In this document: positions 20,868 through 29,918 of the stretch, one piece after another | Layout: the number at the start of each line of letters is the position of its first letter | Numbering within the stretch: position 1 is the first letter of the stretch | Source of the DNA: a virus | Strand: one strand, 5' to 3' | Virus record (IMG/VR): IMGVR_UViG_3300009103_002144 | Span: 1 to 64,000 of that record | DNA length: 64,000 nt | Notes under the pieces: generated by a model | Told to the model about the DNA's origin: nothing | What the model saw: only the letters and a program-made list of their open reading frames with translations | The model's database searches: none | Program-made: the position numbers and the translations under genes

Positions 20868-23399
20868 TTATAATCTCACTATCTTTTTAGAAGTCCTGGA
20901 GCCACGCTTTAATTGCTTGTCATACTGTTTTGGTTTGATAACAGCAGATCGATATCGGTCCTTAACTTTATAGTCTAATTTAATGGCATGTACTTCATAA
21001 AAATAAGAAGTAGAATATCCTCTCGTAAAATGTCTAAACATGAAATTAGCAGACGCAGAATCTGCATGGACAGTCCCCAATAATTGTCTTCCTCCGTCGG
21101 TACATGCAAAAATCTGAAAATGATCAATTTGATTCAGATGCCCATAATATGTCCATTTGACTAGTCGATTATCTCCACGATTCTCACTTATCACCTTAAA
21201 TCCAGGCTTCGACGGAATGGGGATATTCACCTCTACCCTCTTTTGCACATTAGTTCTTCCGGCCAGGAACGGATCCACAGGTTCAATTTTACTGGGAGCA
21301 TTCATATTATTTTGACGAGAGGTAGATTGTAGCGTACCTCTTCGGAGAGCGAGAGGATTTCGAAATTTACCGATTGCCCTCTTGTATTTTAGAAGAGTGT
21401 CGCTATTAACTGTTGATGACGCAAGCTTCGGGAACAATGATTCAGCAGACCTAACAAGAGCTGTCACTCTATACCCATATCTTACTCCTACCTGTAGAGG
21501 TGCGACATTCTTTTCAGCTTGAGTCTCAATATTATCTTCAAAAGGGCCCTGCTGATGCACACCAAAAGACTCAACTTCTCCCGTCACGAAATTTTCTCTC
21601 TCAACCAAGAAATTTATTAATTCGGCAAAATTACTTCTTTCTTGAAAAAGGTCTTGATCGAAAAGAGTAACTTGATCACCCGTCTGAAGAGCAGACTTTA
21701 CTTCTTCAAATCCAAAATCTGTAAACGCAGCTTTAAGTTCAAAAGAAATTGCTGGAATTTGATTCTTAACTATGGTAACTGGACGAGGGGCCGTGAGAGA
21801 AACTTTATCGTTATCTTCAGTGGAATTCGGAAGCTCCATAAGTGCATCAGTTCCAATAACCTCTTTACCTCTTTTCATTATTGCGATAGGCACATAACGA
21901 TAATCTCGTCCTAGCTTTACTCGTCTATCGACCCACGATACACTGGCGTCTGAATCACCAACAACATATTGCTGCTGTTGCTCAGGGGTTGAACCCACAA
22001 ACTCAAATCCAGCAGATTTTCCCGACTGGAAGGATGAGTATGAGTGATAAGTCATATCATACCTTCTGAGCATTACACACACTGCATCTGTGGGTATATC
22101 TGAAACTGTTATCCTCACAGACTCGCCATTATTATTAACAGTGGCGACAGCAGATAGTGCTGTTGTTTGCTCAACCTTCATTTCTTTAATAGGCAGTAGT
22201 ACGGCAGAACCAAAGTCTTCCGCGGACCTCATATTCTCCCCCAAGGCAACGGCCCTATATATAACTGTTCTGCTTGTTGCAAAATCATCTATGAATCGAA
22301 GCTCATCATCAGTGCTAAGTAGAGGTGTTTCAATAATCTCAGACCAAGAAGAGCCACCATCTGAGCCACCGGTCTCAGCAGGTCCAGTACGTCGAAAAAC
22401 GCGGACAGACTTTGCTTTATTGTCTACCTGTCTAACACCGATAGATATCTTTCCAGCTTTTATTATAGATGCTTCGATATGAGGCTCTTTTATAGGCGTA
22501 AGATAATCATTTAACAATTTGGAGTGCTGAATGACAGTTCCGATCTCTTCCAGCTTAACCCTCTTATCATTCCTCAGCCTTGCTCGGATGTAATAAGTTG
22601 CTAAAGACTTCAACCGTTTTTCAAGAATTGTCACCCTGAATTTTATTTTTTTCTTCTTGGTAAAAATTCGAAACATTGGTAATGGCGCTGTTTTCAATGT
22701 GGGAGTAAATAGAAAGCTTTGTGCTTTCTCCCCAACTGCCGATGGAAGACGTGTCACTGAGGTCTTGGCTATCTGAGCAGGGTCCGTTTTTGCTGAAAGG
22801 AAAGAATTAGATATACTCTTTAGCGGAATGACAGTTCTTTGTGATATTGTGGTGGCCACAGGCTGCGATGCTAGAGGGGAAGCAATAGGCGATGACCCAA
22901 TCAGAATTTGTGAAGACGCAAGTGGATTTGATGAAACAGACGCCATCTTTCCAGAAGTCACTCCAGAGACAGAAGAAAATTGCCCTTTTCTACCAGCTGC
23001 AAGCCTGGTATTCTTTTGTGATTTTCTTCGTTTTATTAATTTCGCCAAAGAATTACTAACATATTTCGTTAGGTCAACTTTTTTATGACAAATAATCTTC
23101 TCTTGTCTGAGCTTTTTCTCCTTCCTTAGATCACGCTCCATGGTTTTTGTTTTTCGAGTAAAAGCTCTACCACTGCTAACTTTCGAAGGCTTTCTATCAA
23201 GTATAGGGGTGGGCTTCTTCGGAAGAATATCAATGTCTATAGTCAAGCCATCATTATAGATGCACTTCTCAATATCAACGGCCATTTCTATTTCATATAA
23301 AAACATTCGTTGACCATTTTCCCCAGTGACAGCAACAAGACGAGCAGGAAAAGACTCGAATGACATGGTGTCTTTCATCGTTGGGAGTGTAAAAATCAT
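20868..23399 (-). CDS. Large basic protein with several FN3/Ig-like modules
   Basis: 843 aa; recurring F-strand-like motifs VIYRAVA, YRYVPIA, YGYRVTA, YFYEVHA; K/R-rich. Confidence 0.6.
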   Translation of the reverse strand: MIFTLPTMKDTMSFESFPARLVAVTGENGQRMFLYEIEMAVDIEKCIYNDGLTIDIDILPKKPTPILDRKPSKVSSGRAFTRKTKTMERDLRKEKKLRQEKIICHKKVDLTKYVSNSLAKLIKRRKSQKNTRLAAGRKGQFSSVSGVTSGKMASVSSNPLASSQILIGSSPIASPLASQPVATTISQRTVIPLKSISNSFLSAKTDPAQIAKTSVTRLPSAVGEKAQSFLFTPTLKTAPLPMFRIFTKKKKIKFRVTILEKRLKSLATYYIRARLRNDKRVKLEEIGTVIQHSKLLNDYLTPIKEPHIEASIIKAGKISIGVRQVDNKAKSVRVFRRTGPAETGGSDGGSSWSEIIETPLLSTDDELRFIDDFATSRTVIYRAVALGENMRSAEDFGSAVLLPIKEMKVEQTTALSAVATVNNNGESVRITVSDIPTDAVCVMLRRYDMTYHSYSSFQSGKSAGFEFVGSTPEQQQQYVVGDSDASVSWVDRRVKLGRDYRYVPIAIMKRGKEVIGTDALMELPNSTEDNDKVSLTAPRPVTIVKNQIPAISFELKAAFTDFGFEEVKSALQTGDQVTLFDQDLFQERSNFAELINFLVERENFVTGEVESFGVHQQGPFEDNIETQAEKNVAPLQVGVRYGYRVTALVRSAESLFPKLASSTVNSDTLLKYKRAIGKFRNPLALRRGTLQSTSRQNNMNAPSKIEPVDPFLAGRTNVQKRVEVNIPIPSKPGFKVISENRGDNRLVKWTYYGHLNQIDHFQIFACTDGGRQLLGTVHADSASANFMFRHFTRGYSTSYFYEVHAIKLDYKVKDRYRSAVIKPKQYDKQLKRGSRTSKKIVRL

Positions 23400-24340
23400 T
23401 AATCGAAAACCACAGTAAATAGATTTAAGAAAGTTGATCCACCACCATCATCAGTGAATAGCTTTCCAACAAAGAAGACATGCTTACCAGGACTATATGG
23501 GTCTCCGTCTTCAAATTCCCCAAAATCAATCATGCGTAATTTATTTATACTGCCACTACAAACTTCCCATACCTGACATACAAGATTATTGTCATTACTG
23601 GTCGCTGGAAATGTTAGGCTGATTGGCGGCCCAACACCTGTTTCACCGCTTGGGTCATTAGCGCCAAGTTCGGTCTCAAGATCAGTAAATGTATGCGGAG
23701 CCGGTTGCTGAAGCTTGGGGTAAGTACGTAACTCTTTCTTAGAAATTTTGTTAACGGGTGGCTTAAATTGGTAATTTGGAACATGTGTTAATTTCTTATC
23801 TTGCCACAAGCTCTCAATATTAGAAAGACTTATCTGTGTTGGAACTCCAGGAGAAATAGGTAGATTTGTAGTAACTAAAAATTCTCCGGTATTTTGGCTT
23901 AATTCAAATCCTGTGCTGTCAGTAAGGACCTCTTCCGTCCGTAAAGGCTGCATAGCAGCAAATGACTCTATACAGTCACTAATCGCAGCGGAGGCAGATG
24001 TGATTAAAGACTCTCCTGTTAAGCTGGCGTTCGAAGAACCGGTCACGATCTTGAGTTGACCATTGACCATATCAAAATCACCAGCAGGGTAAATAATCCC
24101 ACCATCATCATCAAATTCAGGTATTACTAGATCCTGCGGTCGATTGGCAGCTTCAAAAAATACTCGATTAACAGCGTCTGATGCTATATCTGGATCTTCT
24201 AGAGAAGACTCATAGAATGTAGCGTAATCTGAAAAGATTGCGAATGCAAAATTAAGCTCACCCTTCGCCATCTGTTCCCTTCCCATCGTGGTAAGGAACG
24301 AATCCATAAAGCGTGTTTTCTTATCTAATATGCCAGCCAT
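23399..24340 (-). CDS. Virion structural protein, paralog of 14533..15243
   Basis: N-terminus MAGILDKKTRFMDSFLTTMGREQMAKGELNFAFAIFSD aligns by eye with MGFLDNSTNNIIVDAVLTDYGRELLSRNDGSFSIVKFAFGD. Confidence 0.6.
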   Translation of the reverse strand: MAGILDKKTRFMDSFLTTMGREQMAKGELNFAFAIFSDYATFYESSLEDPDIASDAVNRVFFEAANRPQDLVIPEFDDDGGIIYPAGDFDMVNGQLKIVTGSSNASLTGESLITSASAAISDCIESFAAMQPLRTEEVLTDSTGFELSQNTGEFLVTTNLPISPGVPTQISLSNIESLWQDKKLTHVPNYQFKPPVNKISKKELRTYPKLQQPAPHTFTDLETELGANDPSGETGVGPPISLTFPATSNDNNLVCQVWEVCSGSINKLRMIDFGEFEDGDPYSPGKHVFFVGKLFTDDGGGSTFLNLFTVVFD

Positions 24341-24345
24341 GGGTA

Positions 24346-24352
24346 TAAGTAT
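24346..24352 (-). promoter_or_regulatory. Putative late promoter core (ATACTTA)
   Basis: ATACTTA-TACCC-ATG, 5 nt before the start of 23399..24340. Confidence 0.45.
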
Positions 24353-24915
24353 TACCCTCTTGAATCATCTGCGTCGGTTGTTTCCTCATTATCAATTTCA
24401 GCAGACAATTGTCTAAATCGAGATAAGCGCATCGAAGGTCTCTGGCCTGGTTGTCTTCTTATGGCATCCATTCTAGTGGGCTCAGAGATATCCCCATTAG
24501 CTATTTGCTCACGCTGAGAGGTCGAGGGTTCTTCTTCTTTTTTCTTACCCTCTTCTTCTTTTTTCTTACCCTCTTCTTCTTTTTTCTTATTTTGGGTAAA
24601 TTGTGTATAATAGGCACTCATCTCCTTCCATCGTGCAATTTCTTGGTCATAAACCCTTGTATTCTCAATAGTGGTTGACCAAACGCTTTTTACGAGGCCT
24701 GGAACTTGTTGAAGCAAAGAAAGTAATTCTTCGATCATATCCAATTCTTGCTGTGATGCTAATTGCTCAAGTCTATCTAATGCGTCGTTAATACTTTCCG
24801 CGACGGTTTGCGCATGAAAATTACCATCCAAAAGTCTATCCGTCACCTCTCGGCGACGCTCGACTAAATCAGCTATTTTTTTGTCAAGCATATCAGCAAA
24901 CTCGTTATCTTGCAT
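24352..24915 (-). CDS. Hypothetical coiled-coil protein with KKKEEEG repeat
   Basis: 187 aa, AAGGAG SD, helical heptad-like composition. Confidence 0.7.
   Translation of the reverse strand: MQDNEFADMLDKKIADLVERRREVTDRLLDGNFHAQTVAESINDALDRLEQLASQQELDMIEELLSLLQQVPGLVKSVWSTTIENTRVYDQEIARWKEMSAYYTQFTQNKKKEEEGKKKEEEGKKKEEEPSTSQREQIANGDISEPTRMDAIRRQPGQRPSMRLSRFRQLSAEIDNEETTDADDSRG
24530..24589. repeat. 21-bp in-frame tandem repeat (about 2.9 copies)
   Basis: TCTTCTTCTTTTTTCTTACCC x2 plus a partial third copy, encoding KKKEEEG. Confidence 0.9.
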
Positions 24916-24973
24916 ATCTCACTCCTTTTGACTTATCTAGACACCAATATTATACAAATGTTTCACAACATAT

Positions 24974-25002
24974 AAAAAAGGGGGCCGTCAAAGACGGCCC
25001 CC
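24974..25002 (-). terminator. Rho-independent terminator
   Basis: Minus strand GGGGGCCGTC-TTT-GACGGCCCCC followed by TTTTTT, about 45 nt after the stop of 25048..27339. Confidence 0.92.
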
Positions 25003-25047
25003 AGAAAATAGGTCAACACCCATGAAACTCATGAGTTTATACTAGTT

Positions 25048-27339
25048 TCACGAACGGTCGATAACCATAACCATATCACCAATCTTCAGACCAAATTGGA
25101 ACTGAATGGTGTTATTAGCTGTGATTTGATAATCGTTCGTCTTACCAATGGAAGATGAAACGAGTAACTGACCGTTTACATACGTCTGTACTTTCTGAAT
25201 TCCGCAAGTAGTCACCAGGTTAGCATTATCACCAGCCTGCTTAGCAACTGTAACGTTTCCGCCGGCAGCCACATCAGCAACGATTGAACCGGTGAAGACC
25301 GTAGCGGTAGCACCAGAAACCTGACTTGCAAGAGTGTTAATAGCACCAATGACTGTAGTACCAGCATTCATTCCACTGTTAGCACGGAATGTGGCATACT
25401 CAGCGTGGTCTGCAAAGAGAATACCCTTGTTACCAACACCAGAAGTCATCGATCCATCAGCAGCGAAAGTAATCGCGTTAACACCAGAGCCGGAGAAAAT
25501 CAGAGCATCACCACTAAGGTGGCAACCACCAGCAGGCGCCTGAAGAGACAGAGCGTTGCTGTTAGGTGTTGTTATGTTGACAGCAGTACCGTTCTCAGCA
25601 ACCATGGAGATCTTAGAGTCAGCAGCAGTAGTGTGCGGAGTGACAAAAAGCTCAGCTTGTCCACCAGTACCAGCATTAATCGATTTTCCAGGATCAGCAT
25701 GGATTTGAACACCACCACCACCAAGGATCTCAACAGAATTAGCAGCAGTACCACTAGAGATCAATGAAACTCTGTTTGTGCCGCCACCAGTTGCGCGGAT
25801 TTCCCAACCCTTCGCCGCGGTAGAGAGATCAAGTCTAGAGTTATCATCTGCATTGACAGCAACACCACCAAGGGAGTCGATAAGAACACCAGTTGCGCCT
25901 GCATCAAGCTCAATAGCGAGAGCGTTAACGTCAACCTTGGTATTAGCATCAGCACCAAGTGTCAATGTACCGGTACCGTGTGGGAGAACGTTAATAGCGT
26001 TATTCCCAGCAGATGTAGTAACATCCACAGCACCACCCGCAGCGCCGATATCAATACCACCAGAGGACGTGACAGCTACCGCATCAGCATCAGTACTAGC
26101 AGCATCTACTACAACCTTGCTAGCAGCATCAAGCTCAATGACAAGAGCATTAACATCAACTTTCGCAGAAGCAGCATTACCGATAACAATATCCTTAGCA
26201 GCGGCTTCGACACCAATATTGATGTCATTTGCTGCGCCAGAAGAGTCTAGCGTAACGAGTCCGGTACCACCGAGTGTAGTAACACCGCCTGGTGTGATTA
26301 CAAACGAAGTCATGCCAGTTTCAGAAACAGCGCCTGCACCGTCGAAATCGAGGGTTGCAGTATCATCACCATATATGGAAGCGCCTGCGCCCTTAATGGT
26401 CATTGTGGTTCCAGCAAGAATGTCAACAGCAGCAGCAGCGTCAACGTCGATACCACCAGCAGAAGCGCTGATATCGATAGCGTCTGTACCTGTACCAGCA
26501 GAATCAAGCTGAAGTTTCTGAGCTCCACCGCCGGCAACAGCAAGGGTAAGATCCTTAGCTGCAGTTGTAACAGTGAAGTTTGAATCATCAGTTGCGTCTA
26601 ATGATAGTGTAGATGCATCCCATGAACCTGCGCCAGAGTTAAGATCAAGAGCAGCACTCGTCGTAACATCAACTTCAGCAGCGTTACCAACGATGCTCAC
26701 ACCAGCAGCACCGTCAAGCGTTAAAGCGCCAGCAGAAGTGGTGAAGTTAGAAGCAGCACCAGCGTCTAAAGACATTCCAGTAGTAGAATCTAGAGTGGTT
26801 GTCGTGGTAGAGTTAAGAACAATACTTCCAGCAGAATCAAGTTCAATCGCGAGGGCGTTAAGATCAACTTTCGTTGAAGCATCGTCACCGATTGTGATTG
26901 TTTTAGCCTGGTTGATAGTACCAATATTGATATCTGACGTGTTTGCGTCAATACCGATATCGATTACTTCGGATGAACCGATTTGAAGACCAGGACCTTT
27001 ATCAATGATGAAAGACTCTTGACCGCTACCGAGAGCTAATTTCTTACCGTCGGCAACAAAAATGTCACCCCATTCTGCGCCCGTAGAACCAAGATCGAAA
27101 CCACCAATAGTACTTGGTGTTAACGTTTGTGAGAAGACACCTGCTGTCTGATTAGAGAACCAATCACCCCCGTGAATACGGCGGATAGCAGCTGCCATAT
27201 AAGATAACGACTCACCAAGATCCGCTGAGGCAATAGAGCCTGTTTGCGCTTTCTGTGCGGTTGAATCGTTAATTTGACCAGCACCGATACCGAATGAACC
27301 GGTCATCTGTAATAGTCTTAATTGTGTATTAGAAGCCAT
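25048..27339 (-). CDS. Fibre-like repetitive virion protein
   Basis: 763 aa A/G/T/D-rich beta-repeat; three copies of (I/L)xIG.(A).(S/T)KVD(L/V)NAL.IELDA; C-terminal YVNGQLL...DY...F.F.L..GD domain. Confidence 0.7.
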   Translation of the reverse strand: MASNTQLRLLQMTGSFGIGAGQINDSTAQKAQTGSIASADLGESLSYMAAAIRRIHGGDWFSNQTAGVFSQTLTPSTIGGFDLGSTGAEWGDIFVADGKKLALGSGQESFIIDKGPGLQIGSSEVIDIGIDANTSDINIGTINQAKTITIGDDASTKVDLNALAIELDSAGSIVLNSTTTTTLDSTTGMSLDAGAASNFTTSAGALTLDGAAGVSIVGNAAEVDVTTSAALDLNSGAGSWDASTLSLDATDDSNFTVTTAAKDLTLAVAGGGAQKLQLDSAGTGTDAIDISASAGGIDVDAAAAVDILAGTTMTIKGAGASIYGDDTATLDFDGAGAVSETGMTSFVITPGGVTTLGGTGLVTLDSSGAANDINIGVEAAAKDIVIGNAASAKVDVNALVIELDAASKVVVDAASTDADAVAVTSSGGIDIGAAGGAVDVTTSAGNNAINVLPHGTGTLTLGADANTKVDVNALAIELDAGATGVLIDSLGGVAVNADDNSRLDLSTAAKGWEIRATGGGTNRVSLISSGTAANSVEILGGGGVQIHADPGKSINAGTGGQAELFVTPHTTAADSKISMVAENGTAVNITTPNSNALSLQAPAGGCHLSGDALIFSGSGVNAITFAADGSMTSGVGNKGILFADHAEYATFRANSGMNAGTTVIGAINTLASQVSGATATVFTGSIVADVAAGGNVTVAKQAGDNANLVTTCGIQKVQTYVNGQLLVSSSIGKTNDYQITANNTIQFQFGLKIGDMVMVIDRS

Positions 27340-27426
27340 AAAAATTTTCCTTGTTTTATAGTTGTTAAAAACTAAGAAACTTTACATACAAACAAAGCGA
27401 CTGACGAAACTAATGACTAACACACT

Positions 27427-27433
27427 TAAATAT
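27427..27433 (-). promoter_or_regulatory. Putative late promoter core (ATATTTA)
   Basis: In the 105-nt intergenic region upstream of 25048..27339. Confidence 0.5.
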
Positions 27434-27444
27434 AAAGCAAAAAT

Positions 27445-27669
27445 CTATTTTATGACGCTTTTTAGATTTTTTAGAGCAGCGTCGAAGCGAGAGAATTCAG
27501 TGTTAACGTACTGTACAGCCAATTTTTGGCACTCATCCTTCCCTAAAAAAGTGAAAGAATATCTACCGGGCCTCTTTTCTGCCAATATAAGTTGCCGTCC
27601 CTTGATAATGAGATATGCAGCAATACCAAGGTCTGACGTCTCATACAGGTCGTTTTGATTATCTTTCAT
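27445..27669 (-). CDS. Small DUF5659-like protein
   Basis: YETSDLGIAAYLIIKG..L......RYSFTF......L...Y......F......LK pattern; ATG at 27669 preferred to the track's TTG at 27720. Confidence 0.55.
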   Translation of the reverse strand: MKDNQNDLYETSDLGIAAYLIIKGRQLILAEKRPGRYSFTFLGKDECQKLAVQYVNTEFSRFDAALKNLKSVIK

Positions 27670-27725
27670 TGAAATCCACGCTTCAGCAATTATAGATGTA
27701 ACTATGGAGATTGTTAGCAAACAAC

Positions 27726-29918
27726 CTAACTTGCAGAAAAGACAATTACGTCAAGAATATCATCAATCTGTACTCTAAAAGAGAACTTTAGGGATGTTGC
27801 AGAGCTAACATAATAGTCTCTTGATCCAGCATTCACCTGTGCTACAGAGCCAGAATGTACAAGTTGACCGTTCAAAAATATGTCAATTTTATCAGGATCA
27901 TAAGATGCAGAGGAAAAGTCTGATGATGATACTGAAACGGCATCGCCAGGATCGACATCAGAACTAATAAAATAAACATCCTTTGATCTATTGTCGCCAG
28001 CTGCTGAGCTGGCAATCGAAACTGATCCATTTGAGCCAGAAGTGATTGTTATATTCGAACCAGCTCTTAGGTATGAAGTCCCATCTGAAAGCTGCGTTAG
28101 AGAGCCTGTTATGCCGTTCTTGACAACTAGTGAACCAGATGCAAGTACATCACCTCCGAAAACAGATGAACCTCCTGATGATGTTCCAATGCTACCAATA
28201 CTTCCAGATACAAAGAAGCTGGTGTCACTAAAACTAGCTGGATCCGGATCTGCGGTGGCGCCACCAGACAAAATTAATACCTGTGTATTGGCACCTGATT
28301 CTGTCATTCTTATAAGATCGACACCACCAGCTTGAATGTTTATATCATCTGGCTGAAACCGAATAAAGGTATTGGCATCATTTTTGTGGTAGATGTATTC
28401 TCCCACGTCCATATTTCCGCCAACAGAAAGCTTGTAAGAAGGAGTGTCAGATCCAATACCGACTTTACCATCTGACGTAATGGTAAACATGCTACCAACA
28501 CCTGCTTGACCCCTATTAACAGATAGCGTTCCAGACACTACAACATCGCCACCAAAAACAGAGGTGCCCCTTCTTGAAGTGTCTCGAGAATCAATAGAAC
28601 CTGACACAAAGAAATTAGTGTCACTGAACGCTCTTGGGTCAGGGTCTGCTGCTGACGAGCCGTGGCCGGAAGTGTCAGAAAGACTTCCAGAAAATAGAAG
28701 CACTTGGTCTGTTTCACCGTCTACCTGTAAGGCGCTACTTTTATTTTGAGTTTCTACCCTAAAGTTTTTATCGACACCACTCTGGTTTACCACCACTGTT
28801 CCGTTAAGATTTACGTCACCCTGGACATCTAAAAGAGATCCGTTCCACGTAAAGTCAGCGTCGGATGTTAGCGTATCTGAATCTGACCAGGTGGCAATTC
28901 TGTTTGCTGCTCCAGAACCATCGATACCCCCGGTCGAAGAAATTGTAATGGCCCCTGAAGAACCTGTTACTATTGTCGTATTGCTTCCAGCAATCAAATA
29001 ACTGCTTCCGTCTTGTAGCTTCGTTAATGACCCAGACAATGCAGGAGCGGAGACTGTTCCTGAAAATACCGAGCCAGTAAGAGCAGCGAAAACAGAGTCT
29101 AGTACTTTCACAGTATAGGCATTACCTGCTCCACCATCAGTACCAGATAATCCTGTACCAGGTGTAAATGCCCTTTCATTCGTAAGTGAGCCTGTTGGGG
29201 TTAGTACAAGATATTCTGCTGCTGCATCTCCTCCAGCTGTATTTGTGATGACAGCATCAATCATATCTCCCACATATATGAATGCCCTAGCAAAAAGAGG
29301 CACATTTGAAGAATCATAGTCTTGAACAAACAGAATACCGTTGAAGGTATCCAGCTGCCAGTCGATTTCACTCTCTAAAGGAATCTCTTGTGTAGGATCA
29401 GTGGGATCTCCCTTATACAATTTAATTGTGTATGGGTTTGGGCTATCATTCGAAAAAACAGGGGGGATAATCTGGAGTCCGCCGATCGTCGTATAAACGT
29501 CCATCCCATTGTCGAATATACCATTACCCTTCTTCGGATTGGGCGAAAGACTTTCGTAGTTTCCAGTCAATATTAATTTATAACCGTGAGGTCCAGTTGT
29601 AGATGGTTCGGGCCCAGCTCCTGTATCTACAGAATTCGCATCATAACTTGTTCCACTTATAGATTCAATGTTAAACTGTACGTACTCGACAGTCGCCGGA
29701 TCACCAAGACTACCACTCTGCATGAGATATAAAGTTCGGGCAGGGGACGTTGGAATCTTCTGACCGAATGTAGTTGCAGCGGCCGGCTGGATATTCGACC
29801 CAATTACTTCTTGTGCATCAGACTTTAGAACACTAGTTTGCGCTTTGTTCAGAAGTTTTTTCTGAGCAAATAATGTAGCAGTAGTAAGACTCTTCCCAGC
29901 CATTTTTATGTGCTCCAC
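27726..29918 (-). CDS. Tail fibre-like protein
   Basis: 730 aa; GKVGIGSDTPSYKLSVGG fibre motif, two DPDP..FSDT.FFVSGSI.S......G.SVFGGDV repeats, modules shared with 29906..36391. Start may be 29903. Confidence 0.7.
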   Translation of the reverse strand: MEHIKMAGKSLTTATLFAQKKLLNKAQTSVLKSDAQEVIGSNIQPAAATTFGQKIPTSPARTLYLMQSGSLGDPATVEYVQFNIESISGTSYDANSVDTGAGPEPSTTGPHGYKLILTGNYESLSPNPKKGNGIFDNGMDVYTTIGGLQIIPPVFSNDSPNPYTIKLYKGDPTDPTQEIPLESEIDWQLDTFNGILFVQDYDSSNVPLFARAFIYVGDMIDAVITNTAGGDAAAEYLVLTPTGSLTNERAFTPGTGLSGTDGGAGNAYTVKVLDSVFAALTGSVFSGTVSAPALSGSLTKLQDGSSYLIAGSNTTIVTGSSGAITISSTGGIDGSGAANRIATWSDSDTLTSDADFTWNGSLLDVQGDVNLNGTVVVNQSGVDKNFRVETQNKSSALQVDGETDQVLLFSGSLSDTSGHGSSAADPDPRAFSDTNFFVSGSIDSRDTSRRGTSVFGGDVVVSGTLSVNRGQAGVGSMFTITSDGKVGIGSDTPSYKLSVGGNMDVGEYIYHKNDANTFIRFQPDDINIQAGGVDLIRMTESGANTQVLILSGGATADPDPASFSDTSFFVSGSIGSIGTSSGGSSVFGGDVLASGSLVVKNGITGSLTQLSDGTSYLRAGSNITITSGSNGSVSIASSAAGDNRSKDVYFISSDVDPGDAVSVSSSDFSSASYDPDKIDIFLNGQLVHSGSVAQVNAGSRDYYVSSATSLKFSFRVQIDDILDVIVFSAS

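Noticed and set aside
27362-27658. 98-aa plus-strand ORF
   Set aside because: TTG start, overlaps the better-supported minus-strand gene and the leader of the fibre gene.
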